This document shows positions 1-12,455 of a DNA stretch of 64,000 nt, in pieces; within the stretch, counting starts at the first letter, position 1; the number at the start of each line of letters is the position of its first letter. Below the pieces are notes generated by a model. The model was not told the origin of the DNA. It saw nothing but the letters and a program-made list of their open reading frames with translations, and searched no databases. The translations under genes were made by a program, and so were the position numbers. This DNA is from Heterodontus francisci (Eukaryota). The stretch covers positions 135,962,737-136,026,736 of the forward strand of contig NC_090371.1 in NCBI RefSeq assembly GCF_036365525.1, written 5' to 3'.

Positions 1-757
1 GCCTCATTCTTGGCAGGTGGGGGCCTAGCTTGACACCTCCACACCCAGCAGAATGAAATGCGACTTGAGAAAAGGCGCATTTCATGAAAAGGATCGAGGA
101 AAAATGTAAGATACAGAACAAACCATGCATTTCTCTCATTAATTTCCATTCATTCATAAATCCTAAAACTTATTACAGCCTGTCTTCTCTTGGTGCCAGT
201 GCTGCTTTAATTGCCCCCTTTTTGGCATCCCAATAAACGTATTTTTATTTTGGGAAGTTTCTCTTCCATTTGCCCATTTCCATGGCTGCCTAGGGTCTTT
301 GTTCCTGCTGTCAGGAACATTAGTTTTTCATACCCACTGTTTATGTGGCCTATTCAGAAAATCTCTTTCTTCGCATCAAGGCCCAAGTCATTTATTTTTC
401 ACAGATTTATTAATGGTTGCTGCACTATCTCTGCGTTTCAAGAAAACTGGCATGATAAATTTGTTGCTTCTGCTAGTGGAATGTGTGTAGAGATTAACCT
501 CCATCAACTTTCTCGCAGGCAACCATATGTGGATACAAGTGTTATAATGTTAATGAGAATTAACAGAAATGACATTCACCACCTAGTGGTACATTATAAA
601 ACTACAAACGCAGTGATTGTGTACAATTTGTATGCATAGTAATACAAAAACATCACTCTTAATTTTGACAATTTCCCCAAAAATGTCTGAGATGGAAGTT
701 GTTCATAGACAAAAAAGATCTCACCCCTAAACACAAGCAAGAAATTGTGCTTACAGT

Positions 758-1270
758 GGGCTGAATTTTCCTGTTTGAGTTGCAAGCCCAACGTCAGGCT
801 GATTTCTGGGTTGTGAACCTGGACATGCTCATGGCTTGATTTCGGGATTCCCCCTTCTGGAAGGATGCCAATTAAGAAGCCACCTCCGGGAGCGCAGTCT
901 GATCCGGGAGTGTCAATCAGAGCACCCGACGTGAAGGGTGGCTAGCAGACCCATTGTGAATGCTGTGTGCTGCTGAGGTAAATGGAGAAAGAGAGGGTGG
1001 CACAAGATGGAAGCACCATACTGCTAATGCAACCGGCAGCCAATTTCTCTCACCCAGCAGTATCTGGTGGCTCCGGCTGCAGGTGAGAAGCAAACTATTA
1101 CAGGTTTTTTCCTTCCGATGTCCTGAGGATTGCCAGTTTTCTGCTTTAAAGTGACCACTGCACATCAGTCCATGGCACTTCGACTTCCGGCTCTACTCTT
1201 GCTTCCTGTGAGTAGACGAGCTGCAGACGCAGCGGGGGTCCCATGTGCTGCTGACAAAATGTCATCGCCT
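758..1270. mobile_element. Non-autonomous PIF/Harbinger-like DNA transposon remnant
   Basis: Begins gggctgaatttt, the terminal motif also seen at 8208 and 17824. GC-richer than its flanks and contains the ccaattaag subterminal motif. Right end uncertain. Confidence 0.5.
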
Positions 1271-2087
1271 TCCAAAAATGCCTGCTAATTGTTTCCACAA
1301 TTGCCTTAATTGGCTTTCCACTGTTGATGGGCAGCTTGCAGTCACTACTCTGAAGCCCTCAAGTGATTTGATTGTGTCATGAAAAGGTGTCATGTTTACA
1401 TGGATGAAAACAAGCCAGCCTTTGGTACATGGGTCTTCAAAACAGGGCATTTGGTCACCCTATTTTAAGGAGGAGAGGGAAGCTCATTGACAAAAAAAAA
1501 ATGGGGTGGGGGAAAGAACCTGTATATAATTTTCCACCTCATTTTGCACATGTTGTAAAATGAGTCTAAAAATGTTTAGGTATTTGGAACAGTGATGATT
1601 TTCTAATAAGAAAGAAAAAAGAAGACTTGCTCTTTTCAAATACTTTGTTTTGAGGTGTTGCTAAGAAAATCAGCAATCACATACAAAATCCACAAGTTTC
1701 GTTTGTGCACGCAAACCTCAGTCTTAAACCTCGACATAGTGAAGTAAGACAGAAAGGGAATTTGAAATGCAGCAGCTATAATGCCTCCGAGCTGAACCAA
1801 GGCACTGCATACTATATTAAACTGGTACTAAATAATATTATGTCCTTATAATGGTATTGATTGTAGGCTTCATTTGTTAAGTAAAAATTCAGGTCATTGA
1901 ACGGCACAGTGATGGCGATCAAATAGCTGTAGGGTGAGTGAAATATTTCTGTTGTAGTGTGAGCTTTTGTTTGTAGAAGGAAACATGGTAAATTTGCCAC
2001 TAAAATGCAATCTTTTATATTCCTGTTATAGTAGATGGGCTTCCATGTGTTGCATGAGCAACCATACATAGGTTGTTGTATTTGAAG

Positions 2088-2310
2088 AATTTTTTATTCT
2101 TTCATGGGATGTGGACATCGCTGGCTAGGCCAGCACTTCTTGCCCATCCCTAATTGCCATTGAGAAGGTAGTGGTGAGCTGTCTTCTTAAACCACTGCAG
2201 TCCATCTGGTGCGGTGCAGTCCATCTGGTGCGGTACACTCACAGTGCTGTTAGGGAGGGATTTTGATCCAGCGACAGTGAAGGAACAGCGATATATTTCC
2301 AAGTCAGGCT
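2088..2310 (-). mobile_element. 3' end of Daphne/Crack-like (CR1/L2 group) LINE
   Basis: catgggatgtggacatcgctggctaggccagca..gcccatccctaattgcc matches the 3' termini at 23170-23227 and 41507-41570. Confidence 0.8.
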
Positions 2311-3719
2311 CTTTAAAAATACAATAAAAGAATTCACTTTGGGAATATGCCTGACTATACAAAGTGTGCATTGCACTATGGAGTTGGATTGATCGCGGAT
2401 GCAAAGAAAACAGCCATTTTCAAAAACAATCTAATTTTTGTCAGGTTTATTCTTCTTCCTCTATAGACTGCTCCAGACAAAAAGGCAGTTGATACACTCT
2501 TAGTCTGTACAAAAGCTTTTCTTACAAACAAACTGCAGGCACATTCTTTCAAGGAACTATGGGTGGCTTTTGTTTCACACTTAATTGTGACAGAGATTGG
2601 CAGTGTGCCATGTGAAGAAATCAGACATGATTTTATGACCTTAATTCTCCATGGCACAGCCCATATGCTATATGTGGCACATATGTGCAATGCTGCTCTG
2701 CCTGTGCGTAAGATGTATTACGTATTTTCGCATAAAGAAATATGGTATTCTGTTGACTTGCCGGATAAACCTAAATGTTACAGGTATGATTGTTTTCCAA
2801 TTGGCCACAGTCATCACTGGCATGGAGATTTTACATCAAATTCTATGAGCAGCAGTTTGAAAATAAAACATATTAATAAGCCAACTGTAAGGGTGAAGAA
2901 TCTCCCTATGTAACATTTATGATAGTATGGCATTTTGCTAGAATATTCGTTCCCTTAATTGTTATGACTGAAGTTTGATTTGCCTCCTGTGATTTAATTT
3001 GTACATGCAGCATAATTGAACACTTAAGTGCATAAACAAGTTATTTGCATAACATGTCCGCCTTCAGATTTATTGCCACCTACTTCGCTAATCTTATTTT
3101 AGTTCAGTCTCCTGATCCAGCTGATAGTAATCCGAATTCCTACTGATTTGACAGACAGGACAAAAGAATGCTCCATTTTGTTAGCTAGAAGTGCAGAAAT
3201 AAATAACTGAAAATCAACCTCTACCCTTATTTCAGTATCTTGTGCAGTGCTATGATATTTCAGACAATTAGAAATTTATGCCTAAATGTGAAAATGTTTC
3301 AACCTTGATTTAACGTTTTTCAAAATATTTTTAAATTTTCATTTAAAATCGAATGCAAGGCAACAACACATTTTGAACTGAAGTGTAAGTGGACTGTATA
3401 ATTTAAGCAAAATATTTTCATTAAGATGAACAGTTTTAAACATTTTATAATTGTTAAAACTTTCCAATGAGAGAAGGGGTATATTTAGTTAAGCAAGCTT
3501 GAATTAGGTTGCAGTTTGTGCTAAATGCCTTCTGAATGTGACAGAGATCTGAGACGCCAGGAAGAGGTTGGACAGATTGAGAATTCAAGCAAGGGAAATC
3601 TGGTTGCTGTCCATCATGCATGCAGACAGCAGAAAATGTCAACAAAAGTGTTATTACTTGTATGCTTTACGTTCTTAATAGTGTCATGGGAAGCAGATGA
3701 AAGGTCTGTGTCTTACAGA

Positions 3720-4875
3720 TGTTACTAGAGTTTTGTTTTTGTATTGAAAGCTTAGAATTCTGTGTGTTTTTAAATCTGAGGAGAGGATTTTTCTCTGTGG
3801 ACATTGCTGAAACTTGGTGGGTTTGAACTGAGTGAAATACACAGACTGCACGGCACATGTTTCCAAACAACCCCGCAGGGGAATGACAGGTCAACATTTA
3901 TCATTGTCTTGTGACTGGATTGTTGAAGTTAGTTTCACTTTTGGATTGTGAAAAGACCAGTGAACTGGACAAGGAGCAGGCAGTTTGAAATCTGGCTGTG
4001 ACCTGCCTGGAGACTGGAGAAAAGGACCTCTCTCTGTAAAGGTAGACTTGCATCTCTTTAAAAGAAATCCTGTATTGGAAATGTGGCTGTGATCTGCCTG
4101 GAGAGAGAAAAAAGACCCAGGAAAAAAAAAGTTACTTCTCTCTGTAGAGAAGACTGCTTTTCAGAGAAGAAGCCCCTATATGTCAGAGGTAGCAGATTCG
4201 TATTGCCTTCAGTCTTTGAAGAATCCCTGCCTCGAGTGGTTTCTGTTGCCTCCTGTGTTTTGGGAGATCCTGAAATCTCAAGAAAGCTTCTACTGCTAGA
4301 CTGCTGCTTCAAACCCCAAGCAGACCTGTTGCAGCACTTTTGCTGAAAGACCTGTGTGACGCCTGCTGCAGACAAATTGCCATGAACGTCTACCCATCAC
4401 ACACTGTTCAACAACCTCGCCTGGAGAGACCTCCAGTGGCATCTGACTATTCAACTCTGGGACACCTCACCATTCTGAAAACATCCTATCGGAGCGTTGT
4501 AAACTCAATCATTTTATTTTTTTCCTTTTTATTTTTTTCCTTTTTATTTCTAGGAAACAGCTGTAAACCAAAAAAACCCTTTTCCCTGGTTCGACTTTTT
4601 TTGATGTATGTGTGTGCATGAGGATTAAGGAAATGAGGTGTTTTTCATTTTATATAAATTTATCTCGTTAGTAGTTAAGACTTATTATTTCTTTTCTAAT
4701 AAATAGTTAATGTTGTCATTGTTTAAGGAAACCTAGTTTGGTGTGCTTTATTCTGGGGGACAAATAGAGTGTCTAATTTGGCTATTCTTTGGTAGGTAAA
4801 AAAACTTTCTTGATAGGCTGTGACCTGTGGAGTAGTGGAACTAAACAGTGCATTACTCCCACCGTGGTCATAACA
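3720..4875 (+). mobile_element. Solo LTR (probably Gypsy-type), 1156 bp
   Basis: Starts TGTTA and ends TAACA (5-bp inverted termini). Flanked by an exact 4-bp TSD CAGA (3716-3719, 4876-4879). AATAAA near 4698. No coding capacity. Confidence 0.8.
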
Positions 4876-5029
4876 CAGACCACATGAGACATGGATCCTC
4901 TTCATGAACAGCTGAAGCAGGCGTCTACAACCAAGTCTCTCAAGATTGTCAAAATCAGATACTTTTGGAGAGGTCTGTGAATTTTTGGAAGAAAGTTTGG
5001 GGCTTTTAAAATTTGAGAACCTTCAATTA

Positions 5030-5250
5030 TCCTAGTGGCCTGCCCATTGTTTATCCCTCAGTCAACATCACAAAAGACAGATTATGTGGTCATTTATCAA
5101 ATTGCTGTTTGTGGAGTTGGTGTGTTCAGATTGGCTGCCACGTTTCCTACATTGCAACAGTGACTACACTTCAGAAGTACTCCATTGGCTGTAAAGTGCT
5201 TTGAGACATCTAGTGATCATGAAAAACACTATATAAATGCAAGTCTATAT
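5030..5250 (+). mobile_element. DeuSINE (SacSINE1-like) 3' fragment
   Basis: cagtgactacacttcagaagtac..ttggctgtaaagtgctttg..tatataaatgcaagt, the reverse complement of the copy at 11071-11540. Confidence 0.75.
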
Positions 5251-5714
5251 TTTTTTTACAAGGATAATGCTATGCAATTAAGAGGGAGACACTATACGTA
5301 ATGTTTCACCTTTTGAAAGTTATAATCACAAGATTTAGTCTTCTACTGAATGCCAGTTGAGTTTCCGATTTCACCTTCCAATTTCTAAGAAATTACTTGA
5401 GCAGCAAGTTTTCACATCTGCTGTGTTAATTACACACCTAGCAACAGATTTACATTGGAATATAATGGGATCATCTTTTCCTGGTAATTAGCTGCAGACG
5501 ATCGCGCAAACATTTAGTGATTCTGTATCAATCAGTTACTCTGGCATGGGAATCACCATTTGCCAACTGCATAGAGTTTCTGAGTGTTAATATCTGCCAA
5601 AATTAATGCTGGTGGCAAAAAAAAGTTGATAACAAAACAAAACCACTCAACTGGTGGATATATTTTAACCAAGAATATATATGTGGATTACTACTTTCAA
5701 ATCAGACAAAAGTA

Positions 5715-5975
5715 AAAGACCTGCATTTATCTTGCTCCTTTCTTGACCACCAGATGTCTCAAAGCAATTTATAGCCAGTGAAGTTCTTTTGAAGTGTAGT
5801 CACTGTTGTAATGTAGGAAAAGTGGCAGTCAATCTGCATGCATCAAGCTCCCACAAACAGCAGTGTGATAATGACCAGATAATCTGTTTTTATGATGCTG
5901 ATTGAGAGATTGATATTAGCCAGGACACCAGGGGCTACCTTCCCTGCTCTTCTTCGAAATAGTGCAATGGGATCT
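5715..5975 (-). mobile_element. DeuSINE (SacSINE1-like) 3' segment of a copy split by two insertions
   Basis: Aligns by eye to 11078-11337 and ends at atgggatct, where the CR1 begins. Continues at 8108-8207 and 10487-10560. Confidence 0.8.
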
Positions 5976-8107
5976 GCCATGACGGATTGGGAAACGTTAC
6001 TTAAAGGGATGATGGTGGATAGGCAATGGCAAACATTCAAAGAGCGCATGGATGAACTGCAACAATTGTTTATCCCTGTCTGGCGCAAAAGTAAAACGGG
6101 AAAGATAGCCAAACCATGGCTTACAAGGGAAATTAGAGATAGCATTAGATCCAAGGAAGAGGCATATAAATTTGCCAGGAAAAACAACAGACCTGAGGAT
6201 TGGGAGCAGTTTAGAATTCAGCAAAGGAGGATCAAGGGATTGAATAAGAAGGGGAAAATAGAATATGAGAGCAAGCTTGCGGGGAACATAAAAACTAACT
6301 GTAAAAGTGGTGAAGACAAATGTAGATCCCTAACAGTCAGAAACAGTGGAATTTATTATGGGAAACAAAGAAATGGCTGACCAGCTAAATGCATACTTTG
6401 GTTCTGTCTTCACAAAGGAGGACACAAATATCATACCAGAAATGTTGGGGAACACAGGGCTTAGTGAGAGAGAGGAGCTGAAGGAAATCAGTATTAGTAG
6501 AGAAATGGTGTTGGGGAAATTGATGGGATTGAAGGCTGATAAATCCCCAAGGCCTGATAATCTACATCCCAGAGTACTCAAGGAAGTGGCCCTAGAAATA
6601 ATGGATGCATTGCTGGTCATCTTCCAAGATTCTATAGACTCTGGAACAGTTCCTACAGATTGGAGGGTAGCTATTGTAACCCCACTATTTAAAAAGTGAG
6701 GTAGAGAGAAAGCAGGGAATTATACACCAGTCAGCCTGATGTCGGCAGTAGGAAAAATTCTAGAGTCCATTATCAAAGATTTTATAGCAGAGCACTTAGA
6801 AAACAGTGGTACAATCGGGCAGGGTCAGCATGGATTTACGAAAGGGAAATCATGCTTGACAAATCTACTAGAGTTCTTCCAGGATGTAACTAGTAGAGTT
6901 GATGAGGGGGAGCCAGTGGATGTGGTTTATTTGGACTTTCAGAAGGCTTTTGACAAAGTACCACATAAGAGATTAGCATGTAAAATTAAAGCGCATGAGA
7001 TTGGGGGTAGTGTATTGCAATGGATAGAAAATTGGTTGGCAGACAGGAAACAAAGAGTAGGGATAAATGGGTCTTCTTCCAAATGGCAGGCAGTGACTAG
7101 TCGGGTACCGTGGGGATCGGTGCTAGGACCCCAGCTATTCACAATATACATTAATGATTTAGATGAGGGAATTAAATGTAATATCTGCAAATTTGCAGAT
7201 GACACAAAACTGGGTGGGAGGTGTGAGTTGTGAGGAGGATGCAGAGAGGCTTCAGAGTGATTTTACAAGTTGAGTGAGTGGGCTAATGCATGGCAGATGC
7301 AGTATAATGTGGATAAATGTGAGGTTATCCACTTTGGTAGCAAAGACAGGAAGACAGATTATTATCTGGCGGGCTATAAACTGAGAGAGGGGAATATGCA
7401 ATGAGACCTGGGTGTTCTCGTACATCAGTCGCTGAAGGTAAGCATGCAGGTGCAACAGGCGGTAAAAAAGGCAAATGGTATGTTGGTCTTCATAGCGAGA
7501 GGATTTGAGTACAGGAGCAGGGATGTCTTGCTGCAATTATACAGGGCCTTGGTGAGGCCACACCTGGAATATTGTGTGCAGTTTTGGTCTCCTTATCTGA
7601 GGAAGGATGTTCTTGCTATAGAGGGAGTGCAGCGAAGATTTTCCAGACTGATTCCTGGGATGGCAGGATTGAAGTATGAGGAGAGATTGAGTCGGTTAGG
7701 ATTATATTTGCTGGAGTTCAGAAGAGTGAGGGGGATCTCATAGAAACCTATAAAATTCTAACAGGACTTGATAGGGTCGATGCAGGAAGGATGTTCCCGA
7801 TGGTGGGGGAGTCCAGAACCTGGGGTCATAGTCTAAGGATACGGGGTAAACCATTCAGGACTGAGATGAGAAATTTCTTCACCCTGAGAGTGGTGAACCT
7901 GTGGAATTTGCTACTACAGAAAGCAGTTGAGGCAAAAACATTGTATCTTTTCAAGAAGGAGTTGGATGTAGCTCTTGGATCTAAAGGGATCAAAAGGCGA
8001 AAGCGGGAATCGGCTACTGAGTTGGATGATCAGCCATGATCATAATGAATGGAGGAGCAGGCTCAAAGAGCTCAATGGCTTACTGCTATTTTTTCTATGT
8101 TTCTATG
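5976..8107 (+). mobile_element. 5'-truncated decayed CR1 LINE
   Basis: ORF2 fragments QHGFTKGKSCLTNL, YLDFQKAFDKVPH, KFADD and RPHLEYCVQFWSP with stops and frameshifts. Ends in a (ttctatgt)n tail. Confidence 0.95.
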
Positions 8108-8207
8108 TTTACATTCACCTGAGAGGGCAGACAGCACCTCCAAAAAGTGCAGCATTCCCTCAGTTCTGCATTGGAGCATCACTTTTGATTTTAGTGCTCA
8201 AGTCCTT
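8108..8207 (-). mobile_element. DeuSINE middle segment
   Basis: tttacattcacctgagagggcag..agtgcagcattccctcag..gtgctcaagtc continues the SINE interrupted at 5975. Confidence 0.75.
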
Positions 8208-10486
8208 GGGCTGAATTTTGAAGTCCAGCTGAGGGCAAGAACGTAGGCAGACGGGTACTGACAAAACTGGTGCCAGCAGGGGGAGGGCAGCCCCAAGAAC
8301 CTGCCCAATCCACTAATGAGGTCAATTAAGGTAGTTAAGGAGCTCAGATTTTGGTAGGGACGCATGGGCTGCACACGGTGTCTGGGCAGCTACATGGAGG
8401 TGGCAACACAGCGGGGAGCCAGTCATGCCCAACCCAACAAATTAGGTGGACCTCATGAAAATGCGAACAGCACAGAGGGGGACTCTGCCATTGGCACACA
8501 GGAGCCATCGGATCAACAGAGGTTGTGGGGACAGTGGTCAGTAAGCATTCGGGCAGTGCAGGGGGTCGTCATTCTCCTGGCATTGGGGGAACCATAAGAG
8601 GAAGGGGCAAGGCTTCCAATCACAATTGGGATTCCACCTGAGCACAAGGAAGGCAGCAGCTGGCAACGGGAGCATGACTTTCAGATTTCGGGTCCAGTGG
8701 TGATGAGCAACATCCTCCACAAGAAGGGCAGAACCTTGGCATCAGGAGGGCAGAGGAGAGGGACAAGGGACAGGAAGGCAACGGAAGCCATACTCTCAAC
8801 GTTGGATCAAACAATGAAGACAGAGCTACTTTGAGATTTTTTTTTTAGAGATACAGCACTGAAACAGGCCCTTCGGCGACAGGGAGAGCGAGGTGGCAGC
8901 TGGGTAAGTGAGTTTACAACTTATATAAACTTACCTTTTTGTTTCGGCAGTTTCTTTTTGCAGCGGCGACAGGGAGAGACAGGGCGACAGAAATGCAACT
9001 CATTTTGAGCTGTCTGTGAAATCACTTCCATTAAAGACACAGCCTGAAACATCTCAACTCTTACTGCAAATGAAGGAAGGACATTTGCCCAGAGGTTTCA
9101 CTGTCACTGTTCACGGACCCTTGCTCCCCTTCATCACTTCATCCCTCTTCTGTACTGCCATTAATAAAAAGAGGCTCACACATCTGGCTTCATGTGTCAA
9201 TATTTACATGGTGCAACAAAAGACAAAAAGTGCACAGTTACAGGTGATGGACACCTCAGTGACCCACTCAGTGCTCTGCCCGACGGTTTGGCCTCTGCTC
9301 ATGAGCACTTCTATACGGTGCTCCCCTCATGGCCTTGGAGAAGGTGCAGGCAGCCTGCTCATTTGTCTTGCCTTACGCCTGAGATGCACGTGGCAGTTGT
9401 CCTCGTCGTGGAGGTACCAGTGAGGGCTGCTGCACCAGCGTCGTTGCAGTGGCAGTCTCCGTCACTGGGCCTTGCTTCGCAGACGCTCCCTCGACTTCGG
9501 CACCCTGTGGGAGACACGAGATTGTGAGAACGAATCTTGGAAAGCAGAAACCTCTGCAGTCTTTGGCATACTGTCGGACAGGCTGGAGTGCAATGCACCC
9601 CCTTAATGTATGTATCGCAATATCTAATCACAATCTCTGCAATGGATGCCCGTCTCGCCTTGCACGACTTCCTCGTGGTCAGAGACTCTGGTGATCTCCA
9701 TGGCTCCCTCTTCCATTATGGTGATGACGTGCAGATAGGGAACCCTATGTCCGGTTTGAGCCCTTTGGTGAGCATCATGTGCCTGTTTCTCCTGCAAGGA
9801 CAAAAACGAGAGAAATCAGGCACTGCTGGCCTCTACGGCCACTGCCAGCAGCTCATTGATAAAAGAAGCTGCATGTATTAGTGCTGGCAGGTCCTGAGCA
9901 GCACTATGGCTCAGAGCCTTGCTGAGGGGTCAGTCAGTGCCCATGTTCAGGAGCAGCATGCACACTCAGGCTCCTCAATTGGTGTGTCTGCTGGAGGTTG
10001 AATCCCCAGAGGCTTGTCCTAAGGGTTTAGCGTTGTGCTTAGCTTGCTAGAGTGAATAAGGTCATTGACCTATTCTTGCACCAGACCCAGTTTCTGCAGA
10101 CCACACTTCATCTGCTCATTGCGCAGGCGACCTCTATCCAGGCCTCCTCCTGCCGCCCTCTGGGAAGAGGACCCCTCTCTTCTCCCTCACCGCCTTGTGG
10201 AGGATTTCCAGGTCTGCATCCATGAAATGCGGGGCTGCCTGGCCCGAGGTTTCAGGCCTCTGCCTCTCTTGCTCTATGTTTCTTCCAGGAAGTAATGCAG
10301 TGAAATGGCAGCTACAGTAATGGCTGCTGTGATGGGTTTAAATTGGGCCTGCACTCTTTCTGTTCTGCCTCGATTCCTGCCCCGTGGCCTCTAATTGGCC
10401 ACCCAATCCACCTCTAGTCAATTGAAAGCCCACCCCCTTGAAAATCCTGATGTCCATTTCCCACCTCCGGAAGGAAAATCCTGCCT
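8208..10486. mobile_element. Internally deleted PIF/Harbinger DNA transposon
   Basis: Imperfect TIRs gggctgaatttt (8208) and aaaatcctgcct (10475-10486). Inserted inside a SINE. Carries a Myb/SANT gene remnant. Confidence 0.75.
9690..10280 (-). pseudogene. Harbinger Myb/SANT-like (NAIF1/MSANTD-type) gene remnant, two exons
   Basis: Minus strand reads FMDADLEILHKAVREKRGVLFPEGGRRR (about 10140-10230). A second exon follows tccttgcag|: EKQAHDAHQRAQTG (about 9793). Homologous to 12720-13290 and 26110-26240. Confidence 0.7.
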
Positions 10487-10560
10487 TTAGAGTGGGATGT
10501 GAATCCAGAACCTTGTGACTTAGAAGTGAGAGAGCTATCAACTGAGCCACGGCTGACACA
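10487..10560 (-). mobile_element. DeuSINE tRNA-derived head segment
   Basis: Minus strand gtgtcagccgtggctcagttgatagc..ggttctggattcacatccc contains A- and B-box-like motifs and completes the split SINE. Confidence 0.7.
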
Positions 10561-11070
10561 TAATTGCCATAATAGTAATTGTTTCTGATATTTGAATGTC
10601 CAAAGACTACTGCCTTGACATTACAGCTTACCCTTTGTTCTCTATATAAATGCACTTTGGAAAGGTACTGAAATATCACCCTTTTACTGAGAATTTTTTT
10701 TTAAAATACCTTTGTTCCCAAAATACTATACTTGAAATATTTTCTTATTGATCTGTCAAAATGATTACATATATCTTTCCCTATATTACAACGTTGACTA
10801 CACTTCAAAAAGTATTTCATTGGCTGTAAAGCACTTTGGGATGTCCTGAGGTTGTGAAAGGCACTATAATTGCAGGATCTTTTCCTTTTTTTCTTATTTT
10901 TCCTTTAATCTTTCTTTCTCGGTCACATTCTTTGCAGAATTACACAGAATATTAAGTTGTCTGTTCTGTTGATCCGTATCTCTGAGCTTCATACACTAGT
11001 AGTACATTTGCGATGCAGCACGACATAATTGTAAATATTAACTTACCACGTGGGCAGGAGGTAGAATCTG

Positions 11071-11540
11071 AAAAAGAAAGACTTGGATTTATATAGCGCC
11101 TTTCTTGATCTCAGGAGGATCCAAAGTGCTTTACAGCCAATAAAGTACTTTTATTAAAGTGTAGTCATTGTTGCAATACTGGATATGCAGCAGTCAATTT
11201 GCGCACAGCGGCTTTCACAAACAGCAATATAATAATGACCAGATAATCTGTTTTTACTGATGTTGATTGATGGATCAGTATTGGCCAGGGTACTGGGGAT
11301 AACTTCCCTGTTTGTCTTCAAAATCGTGCCATGGGATTTTTGACGTCCATTTGAGAGGGCAGAAGGGGCCTCAATTTAGTGCCTCGTCCAAAAGAAGGCA
11401 CCTCAAACAGTGCAGCGCACATCTCAGTACTGAACTGGAGTGTCAGCATAGATTTTTATGCTCCAGTCTCTGGAGTGAGACTGCAACCTGCAATCTTCTA
11501 ACGCAGGCAACATTGCTACCAACTGAGCCGTAGCTGACTC
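11071..11540 (-). mobile_element. Near full-length DeuSINE (SacSINE1-like)
   Basis: tRNA-like head (ggctcagttggtagc), Deu-domain-like body and L2-like tail aaggcgctatataaatccaagtctttc. Family assignment from recall. Confidence 0.8.
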
Positions 11541-12455
11541 TTGTGATTCGTCTGTTTTTTAACCATCTTTTTACTTCATACTAGAGCTGAGTTGCTGGCA
11601 ATGTTTATCTTTATTGTGAATTAGATAGTTTGGGTAATTAATGCCTTGAGTTCTGTTCTATCATAGATTCTGACAATGATCCATGAATTAGCTATGATTA
11701 AAACTAATATGGCACCCTTCTATTCAATTGTGGTTTTTTTTAGAAGAAGCTACCTTCTACATGGCTCTTTTTCACATTGTTCTAAAATAAAGCTAAGAAA
11801 GTGGGAAAATGGCTTGTGTAGAACCCTTTTTAATCTTTATTTTAGAATGATACAAAGGGTAGGTTTTATTAAAATTGGCTGAAAGAAATTCCAGTGCAAA
11901 GCTGTCTGCAGCCACATTAACTTTCTGCTGCAAATTCCATTATACGGTTGGCATTCTCTGTGCTTGCAAGAACCCAGTGTTTAGATAATTCAGAATAAGC
12001 AAAAGCCAGCAAAATGTTTACATTTTTGATGTTTGTTTCATGGCAAAAGTTCCTTGTAAACTTTTCTCCCCAATTAGGTTCCACTGTTTAAAAGTTCCAG
12101 GTGTCTGTTTGAAAAAAAAACACTTTAAGATCATTATATTTAAGGTCTATATAAATATAATTGGAAATTACAATCATCTGCCTTGCTGCTGTGATCAGTT
12201 CTCAGAAATTTAAAGCTGCTGTGAAAAAAAGAGCAGTGGTGCATGAAGCCTCAAAGCCAGCCAAAATTGGTTGGATCGTCAAATAAAACTCAGGGTCCTG
12301 TATTATGCAAGATCTTGCATTTTTTTCCCCTTTAGCCTGAAACAAAGCTCAGAGGATTCTGCAAAAACTTAAAATTAAACAATTAACAATTACCAATTAA
12401 AACAATTTCTACAGTTGGACTTCATTTTTCCCAACTCTAGCTTTCCAGACTTCAT

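Noticed and set aside
211-639. 142-aa ORF and other short ORFs in unique DNA (e.g. 2563-2913, 54705-55570)
   Set aside because: Mostly non-ATG starts, with composition typical of AT-rich intron and no recognisable domain or splice context.
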